NCBI GenBank assembly: GCA_049967655.1
Contig: JBMFSH010000028.1
Coordinates: forward strand, 1-35,752
Source: Acidobacteriota bacterium
GTDB taxonomy: Bacteria; Acidobacteriota; UBA4820; DSQY01
DNA length: 35,752 bases
Direction: 5' to 3'
Shown here: one piece after another, positions 1 through 8,821 of the stretch
Numbering within the stretch: position 1 is the first letter of the stretch
How the letters are laid out: every line of letters begins with the position of its first letter
Made by a program: the position numbers and the translations under genes
The notes under the pieces: generated by a model
Database searches by the model: none
Told to the model about the DNA's origin: nothing
What the model saw: only the letters and a program-made list of their open reading frames with translations

Positions 1-47
1 AGGCCCATCGGCGCCGGGACGCCGCTTTTCGCTTCCAGCGAAAAGCG
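1..47 (+). repeat. 3' part of the structured GTAC-hairpin repeat family, truncated by the window edge
   Basis: aggcccatcggcgccgggacgccgcttttcgc closely matches 30898-30944 (aggcccaccggcgtcgggacgccgctttccgc); both end in a GC hairpin. Confidence 0.75.
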
Positions 48-171
48 AAGCCAACTGCTCAACCGTAAGCTGAAATTGTTTTGGGCAGCCAGGGGCTACC
101 CTAAAGGGGGTGACTGGAATCCCAACGAAGCCCGAGGTAAAGCGCGCGAAGTGCGCCGCTCGAAAGCCTGC

Positions 172-1146
172 TTACTCTTCCGCGTACCGCTTGGCCATGG
201 CGCCGGTCTCGGCCGCCACGGCCTTGCGCAGTGCATCGGGCGCGAGAACCTCGGCGTGGGCGCCGTACTGGAGCACCCACCGGAGGACGCCGCCGAGGCC
301 GGAGGTGCGCATCCGCAGGGTGAGGCCGCCGTCCTTGTGTTCGGTGATCTTCTGGCTTGCGTGCCACTGGCGTCCCCGGATGTAAGGGGCCTGGCGGGCG
401 TCGAAGCGGATGGCCACGTTCACGGGCTTCTCGCCCATGGAGACCTGGAAGGCCTGGGCCAAGAAGGCGCCGAGGTCGAAACCGCGCCGGGGGGCGAAGC
501 CCTTGTCGAGGACCCTGACCCGCTCCATGCGCCCCACGTGGAAGTAGCGGAAGTCCCGGCGCTCGGGCGAATAGGCCACGAGGTACCAGTCGCCCTCGTG
601 GTTGTAGAGGTGGTAGGGCTCCAGGGTCCGCTCCCCCTTCGCGTTGCGGTAGGCCGTGTAGTAGGTCATGGTGACGAGCCGGTGCTCGCGGATGGCCCGG
701 CTGAGATCGAGAAGCGTCTGCTCGCGGGCGGGGGCGGCGTGGGGCGCGTCGAAGGTGTAGTGGGAGGCCAGCACCTGCAAGTTCACCGAGACGGGCCCCT
801 TCAGCCCCTGACTGATCTTGGCCACGGCCGAGCGCAGGGGCGTCTCGAAGGCCGTGCCGAGGTAGCGGTGGGCCAGCTCCACGGTGAGAAAGAAGGCCAG
901 CAGCTCGCCCTCGGTGACATAGACCGAGGGTAGCATCCACGTGGGGTCGGTGTAGAACCAGCCGCCGCGGCTCCGGTCCAGGGCGATGGGCGCCCCCAGG
1001 CGGTCCATCATGAAGGCCCGGTCGTTGAAGATCACCCGCCGGCCCACCTCCAGCTTCTCCGCCAGCTTGTCGGCGTTCGGATAGCGCCCCGCCCGGATCT
1101 GCCGGTCGATCTCCAGGATCCGCTCCAACTGCTGCCGCTGCGACAT
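172..1146 (-). CDS. HTH-WYL-WCX transcriptional regulator (PafB/PafC/DriD-like)
   Basis: N-terminal winged HTH (LAEKLEVGRRVIFNDRAFM), WYL core (ERTLEPYHLY...WYLVAY...RYFHVGRM), C-terminal WVLQYGAHAEVLAP; ATG at 1146 follows a G/A-rich RBS. Confidence 0.95.
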   Translation of the reverse strand: MSQRQQLERILEIDRQIRAGRYPNADKLAEKLEVGRRVIFNDRAFMMDRLGAPIALDRSRGGWFYTDPTWMLPSVYVTEGELLAFFLTVELAHRYLGTAFETPLRSAVAKISQGLKGPVSVNLQVLASHYTFDAPHAAPAREQTLLDLSRAIREHRLVTMTYYTAYRNAKGERTLEPYHLYNHEGDWYLVAYSPERRDFRYFHVGRMERVRVLDKGFAPRRGFDLGAFLAQAFQVSMGEKPVNVAIRFDARQAPYIRGRQWHASQKITEHKDGGLTLRMRTSGLGGVLRWVLQYGAHAEVLAPDALRKAVAAETGAMAKRYAEE

Positions 1147-1173
1147 GGGAGGCCCCCCTTTCCGCGAGTTCGC

Positions 1174-1220
1174 AGTATATACCCGGAGTGCACACTGTCT
1201 GCACAAGGTCGCCCTATGCT
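1174..1220. promoter_or_regulatory. Candidate divergent promoter with palindromic operator GTGCA-N7-TGCAC
   Basis: Inverted repeat at 1188-1204 lies between a minus-strand TATACT (1174-1179) and a plus-strand TATGCT (1215-1220). Confidence 0.5.
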
Positions 1221-1293
1221 GAATGGCACAGGGGGAGGCGGAGGCCGGCCGGCGGCGGTGGGACGCGGGCCACCCTTCTCTTCCGAAGGGCCC

Positions 1294-1720
1294 TTACCCC
1301 TCCGCCTCCTCCTTCACCCGCGCCGCGGGCAGAGCCCTCCCGCGAAGCCCGAGGCCACCCGGTGAAACCTGGCGGTGAGCTTGAGGGGGGGCAGGCGGTG
1401 AGGTCGAATCGCGGGGGGGGCAATCGGTCGAGAAGCTCCCGCAGGGCCGCGGCCAGCTCCCTGGTCGGCGCGGGGCCGCTCTGGTCGGCGCGCAAGTTTC
1501 CAGGCCGTGCATGAAAGCCACCAGGCTGCACGTCTGCCGGAGGGGGTAGCCTCCGAGGTGGCCCCAGGAGCCCTCCCCGCATTGTTCTCCGCACCCGAGG
1601 TCGGTCTGGGCGCGGTCGAAGTCCAGCCACTTCACGTGGTCCCTGAGATCGGCCAGGCAGCTCTCCCTGCCGTTTTTGCGCGCCGCCTTCAGATAGCCTC
1701 TCGCCCTTGGCAAGAGGGCG
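1294..1720 (-). pseudogene. Probable degraded hypothetical gene, 5' end replaced by a MITE
   Basis: Protein-like segments occur in different frames (LADLRDHVKWLDFDRA...SLVAFMHGL; RELAAALRELLDRLP); the upstream part of the ORF is the TIR at 1721. Confidence 0.35.
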
Positions 1721-2035
1721 CCCCAATCCCACGATGGAGGAGGGGAATAGCCATGGAAGGCGCGACCGGTCACGCACAGTGGGAAAGGGTGTCATACCCA
1801 AAGAGGGATTGGGGGGCCATCGGGCCGAAGGCGAAGAGGGCGTCGAGGGAGAGGTGGGGCCCCATCGGGCTTTGCCCGTGGGGCGGGGCCCCGCAGGGCA
1901 ATCTCCCGAACCGTCGGGCTTGGCTCGCGGTTCGGGGGGCAAGGGAATAGCCCGCCCCGTCCAGGAGATAACGCCTTTCTCCCGTGAACCCGTGCGGTAA
2001 CCGGAGGCACCCGCGTTTCCATCGCGGAACTTGGG
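1721..2035. mobile_element. MITE-like element with 18-bp imperfect TIRs (CCCMAWTCCRCGATGGA family)
   Basis: ccccaatcccacgatgga (1721-1738) and tccatcgcggaacttggg (2018-2035); internal 36 bp (1853-1888) is identical, inverted, to 8642-8677; no TSD seen. Confidence 0.7.
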
Positions 2036-2133
2036 GTGGGTGGAGGGATGAGCAGGCGCGCCCTCGGCCGGCAGGGTGGTCAGCCCGTCGCGTCGCGGTG
2101 CGGCGACGGGACGAAGTCACGACAGCAATCGGG

Positions 2134-2985
2134 TCAGTGCCGCTCGCCCCCTTTCAGGATGACCTGGGAGGCCAGCACGCTTCCGTCCGCCTGGGTGGTG
2201 CCCCAGACCTTGACGTGGCGGCCGGCCGTGAGGGCGGCAGTGCCGGCGCTGGACCCCGGGCCGGAGATCTGGGTCGAGCTCCCGAGGACAATGGTGGCCA
2301 CCGAGCCGCGGCTGCTCATGGTGAATCCCGTCAGGTTGCCGGAGGCGTCAAAGGAGGGGGTGAGGATGAAGCCGTTCTCCGCAGCCTCGGTGCCGCCGTT
2401 GCCGCCTCCCGACTCCACGCGGCCGTAGACGGCCGTGAAGACGCCGTTCTGGGCGATGCCCAGCAGGACGACCTGGCTTCCCACCTGCATGGTGCCGCCG
2501 CTCTGGTCTTCTCTAGCGCTGTGGCGGACGACGCTGTCGCCGGGGCTCACGAAGATCGTCTGGCCGACCTCCACGGTGTAGATCCCGTCGATCACGGCCT
2601 CCGATCCTCCCGAGGTGTTGGTCTGGAGGGCCGTCACCGTGCCCGAGAAGCGGAAGGCGTCGCCCGCGAAGACGAGGTCGGCCACGGGGAGGCCGTTCTC
2701 GTCGTGGCCGTAGACGGTCACCGGGCTTGCGGCCACCAGGGTGGCGGGATCGACGTCGATGATGGAGCCGGTGGAGTCCAGCCCCTTGATGACCGTATTT
2801 GATGTGATGGAGAGGGTCACGCCCTGGAGCGTCAGGCTCGTGCTCGTGGACGCCGTGAGCGGTCCGGCGAAGACCACGTCGTCGGAGCCGTCCGTGGGCA
2901 TGTTCGCCCGGAGCCCCGTGGTGCAAAGCGCGAGCGCCAAAACAAGACCTGCGCCGATCAAGCTAGCTTTCTTGAGGCTGAGCAT
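2134..2985 (-). CDS. Secreted DUF5666-repeat-like protein
   Basis: Signal peptide; repeated short beta modules such as LTAGRHVKVWGTTQADGSVLASQV. Confidence 0.75.
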   Translation of the reverse strand: MLSLKKASLIGAGLVLALALCTTGLRANMPTDGSDDVVFAGPLTASTSTSLTLQGVTLSITSNTVIKGLDSTGSIIDVDPATLVAASPVTVYGHDENGLPVADLVFAGDAFRFSGTVTALQTNTSGGSEAVIDGIYTVEVGQTIFVSPGDSVVRHSAREDQSGGTMQVGSQVVLLGIAQNGVFTAVYGRVESGGGNGGTEAAENGFILTPSFDASGNLTGFTMSSRGSVATIVLGSSTQISGPGSSAGTAALTAGRHVKVWGTTQADGSVLASQVILKGGERH

Positions 2986-3241
2986 GGCGAGTCGTCCTCC
3001 TTTCAGGGTTCACCCGTCGAGGGGTGAGGCGCACCAAGATACGCAAGGCTGGTGCCAGGGAGGGGCGAACCGGTGACTGGGCGTCGCGCGTGGATTCCCG
3101 CGGACCGATGGCATTCGGGAGAGGGTGCCGGCCGTTGTGGCCCGGGGAAACCCTCCCAGGCCGCGCCATCGTGGCGGGGAAAATCTCCGCGCCAACCCGG
3201 AGGGGCAAGCAGTCCTGCGCGCTCCGTCCGGGGCGCCGCCC

Positions 3242-3430
3242 CTGCCTCGTTTCAGCCACGAATGCCCCGCGCTTTTCGCCTGCAACGGCGGCTGTGCCAA
3301 GGACCGATTTGTGAGGGCCCCCGACGGCGAGCCGGGCTTCAACTATCTGTTCGAAAGCCTCCGGGCCTTCTACACGCGCATTGACGGGCCCATGAGGACT
3401 AGGGCCCGCCTCCTTCGCCAGCGCCCTTCG
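3242..3430 (+). pseudogene. C-terminal remnant of an anaerobic sulfatase maturase (radical SAM/SPASM)
   Basis: LPRFSHECPALFACNGGCAKDRFVRAPDGEPGFNYLFESLRAFYTRIDGPMR resembles the anSME SPASM tail with some Cys lost; no radical SAM core upstream. Confidence 0.8.
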
Positions 3431-3992
3431 CCTCCTGGGCCTCTCGCCACGCGGAGCGCAGGGCCAGGTTGAGCAGGCGGCTGCACTCCTCGGTCGTGGC
3501 GGTGGGCGCCTCGCGGAAGAGGGGGCTACGGCCGTTGAGCAGGAGGGCGAAGACGATGCGGCCCCTGGAGTCCACGGCCACGCACTGGATGGCGCGGGCC
3601 CTGCTCTCCCCCATGAGGAATTGGGGGAAGAGGGCGTAGTCGGTGGAGATGGGGTTGGCCCTCACGTAGGCCACGAGGTCGCTCGCGCACTCCCGAAGCA
3701 GGCTGGTGTCGTTCATCTGCCAGGCCGTCTGCACGGGGACCTCCTTGCCCGAGGGCTGGGCTATGCCGAGGCCTTCGGTGGTCATGAGCTCCGCCAGGAG
3801 GGGGGCGGAGCCCACGCTGTAGGTGTGGCCTTCCGTGTTCAGGACGAAGGCCGGAAAGACCGTGACCGTCTCGTGGCCGATGCTCTCGCGCAGAGCCTTG
3901 GCCGCATTGGCGTCCACCAGGTCGCCGCAGGAGATGGGCAGGGCCAGAATCAGTAGAAGAGCCGGAAATCCGAGCGTGTGTTTTGATCGCAT
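3399..3992 (-). CDS. Hypothetical lipoprotein
   Basis: GGAGG RBS; MRSKH, hydrophobic stretch, then lipobox-like LPIS-C. Confidence 0.75.
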   Translation of the reverse strand: MRSKHTLGFPALLLILALPISCGDLVDANAAKALRESIGHETVTVFPAFVLNTEGHTYSVGSAPLLAELMTTEGLGIAQPSGKEVPVQTAWQMNDTSLLRECASDLVAYVRANPISTDYALFPQFLMGESRARAIQCVAVDSRGRIVFALLLNGRSPLFREAPTATTEECSRLLNLALRSAWREAQEAKGAGEGGGP

Positions 3993-4081
3993 GTCTGTCG
4001 CCACCTCCGGGATCGGGCGCGCCTCGAAAGCTCTACGGTTTCAATGTACCATACGTTACGGATGTCCAGGATAATGTCGGT

Positions 4082-4240
4082 CCCCAACTCCGCGATGGAG
4101 GCTTGGCGCCCGTGCAGGTGCGACGCCTCGCCGCGACGGCGGGTGGGTCCGAGACCATGGATCGTGGGAAGACGGCCCGTAAGGGCCTGTTGCGCCGGGG
4201 GCGAGGCTCTTAGGCGCAAAATTCCATCGCGGAATTTGGG
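4082..4240. mobile_element. Short MITE-like element, same TIR family
   Basis: ccccaactccgcgatgga (4082-4099) and tccatcgcggaatttggg (4223-4240); no TSD seen. Confidence 0.7.
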
Positions 4241-4253
4241 GGCATTGGCACTG

Positions 4254-4282
4254 TTGAGCGGGGCGGGGGGGTCGGGTATAGT
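4254..4282 (+). promoter_or_regulatory. Sigma70-type promoter for the Zn-finger gene-hemB unit
   Basis: TTGAGC-N17-TATAGT, followed by a GGAGGG RBS at 4291. Confidence 0.6.
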
Positions 4283-4301
4283 GGCCCCCTGGAGGGTGGT
4301 C

Positions 4302-4532
4302 ATGGTCGGCTGGGTCGAAGAGGATGAGGAACAGCACCGGGGAGAAAAGGGCGAGTACTGCGAGGTGTGCGGGGTTGCCGGCTTCCACCAGCACCTCGGC
4401 AAGTGTCCCATGTGCCACCGCTATTTCTGCGACGAGTGCCGGTACGTTTACGGCGGCAAGGAGTTCTGCGGCCGGAACTGTGCCAACGAGTTCTTCTGGG
4501 GAGGCGAAGATGGCGACATCAGCGAAGAGTAA
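4302..4532 (+). CDS. Small Cys-rich zinc-finger-like protein (76 aa)
   Basis: RBS GGAGGG; CxxC, CxxC, CxxC and CxxxC motifs; overlaps the hemB start. Confidence 0.75.
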   Translation: MVGWVEEDEEQHRGEKGEYCEVCGVAGFHQHLGKCPMCHRYFCDECRYVYGGKEFCGRNCANEFFWGGEDGDISEE

Positions 4533-5520
4533 GCCGGTCGACCTCGGCTTGGTGCACCGGCCCCGTCGGCTGCGCCAAAACCCTATCCTCCGGAGCATGG
4601 TGGAGGAGACCCGCCTCTCGCCCAAGGACTTCATCTATCCCATGTTCCTCTGCGAGGGGCGGCGCGTTCGCGAGGAGATCCCCTCCATGCCCGACATCTA
4701 CCGGCAGTCGGTGGACCAGGCGCTGAAGGAGATGGAGGAGGCGCTCGCTCTGGGGGTCCGGTCCGTGATCCTCTTTGGCATCCCCGGGCACAAGGACGCC
4801 CTGGGCTCGGAGGCCTACTCCGAGGAGGGGATCATCCAGAAGGGTGTGCGGGCCGCCAAGAAGGCCTTTGGCGCCGACCTGCTGGTGGTCACCGACGTGT
4901 GCCTCTGCGAGTACACCGACCACGGCCACTGCGCCCCGGTGAAGGGTGGGGTGGTGCTCAACGACGAGGGGGTGCTCATTCACTGCCGGACGGCCCTCTC
5001 GCACGCCAGAGCCGGCGCCGACGTGGTGGCCCCCTCGGACATGATGGACGGCCGGGTGGGAGCCATCCGGGCCACGCTCGACGAGGAGGGGTTTCAGTCC
5101 GTGCCCATCATGGCCTATTCGGCCAAGTACGCCTCGGCCTACTACGGCCCCTTCCGCGACGCGGCCAACTCGGCGCCGCAGTTTGGGGACCGGCGCTCCT
5201 ACCAGATGGACCCTCCCAACGCCGAGGAGGCCATCCGCGAGGTGGAGTTGGACCTGGAGGAGGGGGCCGACATCGTTATGGTGAAGCCTGCCTTGCCCTA
5301 TCTGGACATCATCCGAAGGGTGAGGGAGACCTTCCCGGTTCCTCTGGCGGCCTACAACGTGAGCGGCGAATACGCCATGGTCAAGGCGGCGGCCCGCCTG
5401 GGCTGGATCGACAACGACCGCGTGGTGATGGAGACCCTGACCTCCATCCGCCGCGCCGGCGCCTCCATCATCCTGACCTACCACGCCAAGGAGGCCGCGC
5501 GCCTCCTGGCGAAGGGCTGA
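4510..5520 (+). CDS. hemB: Porphobilinogen synthase (delta-aminolevulinate dehydratase)
   Basis: [19 protein letters not shown]n site, [39 protein letters not shown]. Confidence 0.98.
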   Translation: MATSAKSKPVDLGLVHRPRRLRQNPILRSMVEETRLSPKDFIYPMFLCEGRRVREEIPSMPDIYRQSVDQALKEMEEALALGVRSVILFGIPGHKDALGSEAYSEEGIIQKGVRAAKKAFGADLLVVTDVCLCEYTDHGHCAPVKGGVVLNDEGVLIHCRTALSHARAGADVVAPSDMMDGRVGAIRATLDEEGFQSVPIMAYSAKYASAYYGPFRDAANSAPQFGDRRSYQMDPPNAEEAIREVELDLEEGADIVMVKPALPYLDIIRRVRETFPVPLAAYNVSGEYAMVKAAARLGWIDNDRVVMETLTSIRRAGASIILTYHAKEAARLLAKG

Positions 5521-5651
5521 CCCGCCCCGCGGCGGGGAGGCCGGAAGTCCGGCCTCGGCTTAGGACCCGCGCACCAATAGTTTAACGGAATTCGTATCAT
5601 GGTCATGCGAAGATGGGAGGCGAATACGTTAAGTTATTTCTGCGCGGGTTC

Positions 5652-5918
5652 TTAGTGGCCGTAGCCGTTCTCAACGGCCCCGTCCCGGCCCGTGAAGGCC
5701 ATCTGCTCGGCGGTGTGGTCGCAGGTGGGCAGGGTTCCGCAGACCTCCGATCGAACCACGTTTTCGTGGAACACCCGCCGGAGGGCCACGTAGAGTCCCA
5801 CCTCGATATCTTCCCGCTGGTTCTCGGGCACCATCCCCTCGACCACCAGAAAGACCGACTGTACCGCCCTCTCCAGGAGCGTCTCGGCGGTTTCTCCGGT
5901 CTTGAGCAGGTAACGCAT
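5652..5918 (-). CDS. Hypothetical protein (88 aa)
   Basis: ATG after a purine-rich stretch; protein-like composition; no family recognised. Confidence 0.55.
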   Translation of the reverse strand: MRYLLKTGETAETLLERAVQSVFLVVEGMVPENQREDIEVGLYVALRRVFHENVVRSEVCGTLPTCDHTAEQMAFTGRDGAVENGYGH

Positions 5919-6164
5919 CTTTTTCCCCCAGGAGAAGCGCGAGCAACCATGATCCGCTTGCGGCGGGAGGCGCAAAGGTCTCTGGCCCGGCTACCGATAT
6001 TTTGGTCCATGGGCAGCCGCTCGGGGAGGGGTGGGCGAGGCTCTGGTGGAGGCTGAGGGTGGGAAGCCGCTCAGCAGGCCCGAAATCGGGGTAAATGCCC
6101 CAGGGCTGCGGTGAGGATTGCTCCGCCGCGAACCGGCGAAATCGTATCGTCCCGAGTACCCTTC

Positions 6165-6173
6165 TGCTACACT
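6165..6173 (+). promoter_or_regulatory. Extended -10 element upstream of tmk
   Basis: TGcTACACT just upstream of the GGAGG RBS. Confidence 0.45.
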
Positions 6174-6190
6174 CTCAGGCGGAGGAGTCT

Positions 6191-6817
6191 GTGTTCGTTA
6201 CTTTCGAAGGTGTCGAGGGCTGCGGAAAAACAACCCAGGCGCGGATGCTGGCCGAGCTCCTCCGAGGGCGGGGCAGGGAGGTCGTGGAGACCCGGGAGCC
6301 CGGCGGTTCCCCCATCGGGCCCGCCCTCCGGGCCCTTCTGCTGTCGGACGGGTCGGAGCTCCTGCCTTCCACCGAGCTCCTGCTCTATGCCGCCGAGCGC
6401 TCGGAGCACGTCGGACGGGTCATTCGCCCCGCCTTGGAGCGCGGGGCCTGGGTAGTCTGCGACCGCTACGGGGACGCCACGAGGGCTTATCAAGCCTTCG
6501 GACGGAGGCTTCCCCGCGAGGCGGTGGAGCAGGTGCACGCCCTGGCGACGGGCGGGCTGGAACCGGGGCTCACCCTCTTTCTCCGTCTGCCGGTGGAGGA
6601 GGCGCTCGCCCGGGCCCGCTCCCGTAACAACACCTCGAGTTCAGCGGAGGGCCGATTCGAGGCCGAGGAGGAGGCCTTTCACCGCCGGGTGGCTGAAGGC
6701 TACGAAGCGCTGGCCCAGGAGTTCCCGCGGCGCATCCGGCCCGTGGATGGCGGTGGATCCCGGGAGGCCGTCTTCGAGAGGATCCGCGGGATCGTGGAGC
6801 CCCTTCTCCATGTCTGA
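6191..6817 (+). CDS. tmk: Thymidylate kinase
   Basis: FVTFEGVEGCGKTTQ P-loop, TREPGG, ELLLYAAER, VVCDRY; GTG start after GGAGG. Confidence 0.97.
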   Translation: MFVTFEGVEGCGKTTQARMLAELLRGRGREVVETREPGGSPIGPALRALLLSDGSELLPSTELLLYAAERSEHVGRVIRPALERGAWVVCDRYGDATRAYQAFGRRLPREAVEQVHALATGGLEPGLTLFLRLPVEEALARARSRNNTSSSAEGRFEAEEEAFHRRVAEGYEALAQEFPRRIRPVDGGGSREAVFERIRGIVEPLLHV

Positions 6818-7781
6818 GCGAGTGCGGTGGGCCGTCGAGTACGCGGTGGTGCGGGCGGTGGCCGCGGTGGTCGGGCACTCGCCCCGCTGGATCGGAAGCC
6901 GCGCCGGACGCCTCCTGGGAGATTTGGCCTTCCTCGTGGACCGGCGCCACCGGGAGGTGGCCCTGGCCAACCTGGAGGCGGCCTATCCCGACGCCGATGA
7001 GAGGTGGCGCCGGGGGGTGGCGCGGGGCAGCTTCCGCCACTTGGGGCGCCTCCTTACCGAAATCGTTAGCCAGGGGCCCGACGTGCGGCGGCTCCTTCCG
7101 ACCGTCACCTTCGAGGGATGGGAGCGGCTGCAACAGATCGAGCAGGCGGGCAAGGGCTATTTCCTTCTGTCGGGGCACTTCGGCAACTGGGAGCGGGTGG
7201 CCCACCTCCAGGCAGCCCTGGGCCATCCCCTCTGGATGGTGACGCGGCCCCTGGACAATCCCTATCTGGAGAGGTACCTGGCGCGGCTGCGGGAGAGCAC
7301 GGGCAACCGCGTTGTGCACAAGCGCAACGCGGTTCGGGAGGTGGTCAAGGGGCTCAAGCAGGGCAAGGGCATCGCCTTCGTGATCGACCAGAACTTCGGG
7401 GAGCCGGGAAGGCACTTCGTCCCCTTTTTCGGCCGTCCCGCGGCCACGACCCCCGCCCTCGGGAGCCTCGCCTCCAGGCTCCAGATCCCCATCCTGCCGG
7501 TCTTTGCCTTTCCCGAGCCGGAAGGGCGATACCGGATCGTGTACGGCCCTCCCATCTTTCCGCCCGATTCCGGGGACCGGGAGGCAGACGCGCTCGCGAT
7601 CTCGGAGCTGGCGACCGCGCGCATTGAGGAGGCCATCCGGGCCCAACCCGAGGCTTGGTTTTGGATGCATCAGCGCTGGCGGACGCAACCGGATGTGGAG
7701 ATGGAGACAGGGAAACAGGGAAAAAGGGAGACAGGGAAGAAAGGAGACAACGACCCCCCTCCCACGCTGATCGCAGAATAG
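6810..7781 (+). CDS. Lipid A biosynthesis acyltransferase (LpxL/HtrB family)
   Basis: GHFGNWE catalytic motif, IDQN, VPFFG, WFWMHQRWRT; tail extended by an 8-mer repeat. Confidence 0.92.
   Translation: MSERVRWAVEYAVVRAVAAVVGHSPRWIGSRAGRLLGDLAFLVDRRHREVALANLEAAYPDADERWRRGVARGSFRHLGRLLTEIVSQGPDVRRLLPTVTFEGWERLQQIEQAGKGYFLLSGHFGNWERVAHLQAALGHPLWMVTRPLDNPYLERYLARLRESTGNRVVHKRNAVREVVKGLKQGKGIAFVIDQNFGEPGRHFVPFFGRPAATTPALGSLASRLQIPILPVFAFPEPEGRYRIVYGPPIFPPDSGDREADALAISELATARIEEAIRAQPEAWFWMHQRWRTQPDVEMETGKQGKRETGKKGDNDPPPTLIAE
7703..7750 (+). repeat. Six degenerate 8-bp tandem units (GGARACAG) in the acyltransferase 3' end
   Basis: ggagacag ggaaacag ggaaaaag ggagacag ggaagaaa ggagacaa. Confidence 0.8.
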
Positions 7782-7885
7782 CTTAGTCGCGTAATACCCT
7801 AATCGCTTAGTAGCTTAATCGCTTATAGCTTGACAGCTTATAGCTTAATAGCTTATAGCTTAATAGCTTTAATCGCTTAATAGCC
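7778..7885. repeat. AT-rich 7/8-bp tandem repeat tract (TAGCTTA / TCGCTTAA)
   Basis: About a dozen degenerate units read directly from the sequence. Confidence 0.9.
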
Positions 7886-7901
7886 ACCGGAGCTCGAACA
7901 G

Positions 7902-8495
7902 ATGACGCAATCGGCGAAATGGGGCGTTTTCCTCGACCGCGACGGCACGGTGACGGAGGAGGTGGGCTATGTGAACCACCCGGCCCGCCTGAGGCTGATC
8001 CCCGGCGCGGCGGAGGGCATCCGTCTCCTCAACCGGGCCTGTGTCCCGGTGCTGCTCGCCACCAACCAGGCGGGCGTGGCCCGGGGCTACTTCACGGAAG
8101 AGCTAGTCCGGGAGAACCTGGAGGGCCTGCAGGAGATGCTGGGGCGCCTGGGAGCCAGGCTGGACGCCCTCTACTACTGCCCGCACCACCCCTCCGTGGG
8201 GGCTCCGCCCTACCGGCAGGCGTGCGACTGCCGCAAGCCCAAGCCCGGCATGCTGCTGCGGGGAGCCAGCGAGTTCTCTCTGGACCTGACCCGGTGCTAC
8301 GTCGTGGGGGACAAGATCGGCGACGTCGCCTTCGCCCATTCGGTAGGGGCCAGGGGTGTGCTCGTCCTCACGGGCTACGGGCGGGGGGAGCTCACCTACC
8401 AGCGGCAGGAGTGGACCGAGCGGCCGGACTTCGTAGCACAGGACCTGGTCTCCGCTGCGGAGTGGATCCTGAAGGATGCGGAGGGCCGCGTCTAG
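7902..8495 (+). CDS. gmhB: D-glycero-D-manno-heptose 1,7-bisphosphate phosphatase
   Basis: HAD motif FLDRDGT, TNQAGVARG, YYCPHHP...CDCRKPKPGM, VGD. Confidence 0.93.
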   Translation: MTQSAKWGVFLDRDGTVTEEVGYVNHPARLRLIPGAAEGIRLLNRACVPVLLATNQAGVARGYFTEELVRENLEGLQEMLGRLGARLDALYYCPHHPSVGAPPYRQACDCRKPKPGMLLRGASEFSLDLTRCYVVGDKIGDVAFAHSVGARGVLVLTGYGRGELTYQRQEWTERPDFVAQDLVSAAEWILKDAEGRV

Positions 8496-8547
8496 GGGCC
8501 TTTCGGGGGCGGGCGCCTGAAGCGCGCCCCAGGGGAGCACTTCATGA

Positions 8548-8819
8548 CCCAAATTCGGCGATTGAAATGCGCGTGGCTTCGACCGGGTTCCGGGTACACG
8601 AGGGAAAGGCATTCTCTCTTGAACGGGGAGGGCCATTCCCTCCCCGCCCCACGGGCAAAGCCCGATGGGGCCCCACCCCGCCCTTGGGGCTTCCTCCCCC
8701 GGATCAAGTCCGGGGTCGGAGGCGACCCAATTCCCTTGGCGGGCGAAGGCCGTCTTTCTCGGAAACTACCATCCATGAGCCTTTCGGAGCCACTCCGATG
8801 TCTAATCGCGGGATTTGGG
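8548..8819. mobile_element. MITE with TIRs and a 6-bp target site duplication (TCATGA)
   Basis: cccaaattcggcgattga ... ctaatcgcgggatttggg; TCATGA at 8542-8547 and 8820-8825; contains the shared 36-bp core and a ccccggatcaagtccgggg palindrome. Confidence 0.8.
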
Positions 8820-8821
8820 TC

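Noticed and set aside
7919..8821. N-terminal extension of the 636-aa ORF
   Set aside because: An off-frame shadow of gmhB plus MITE sequence; kinase homology starts near 8822
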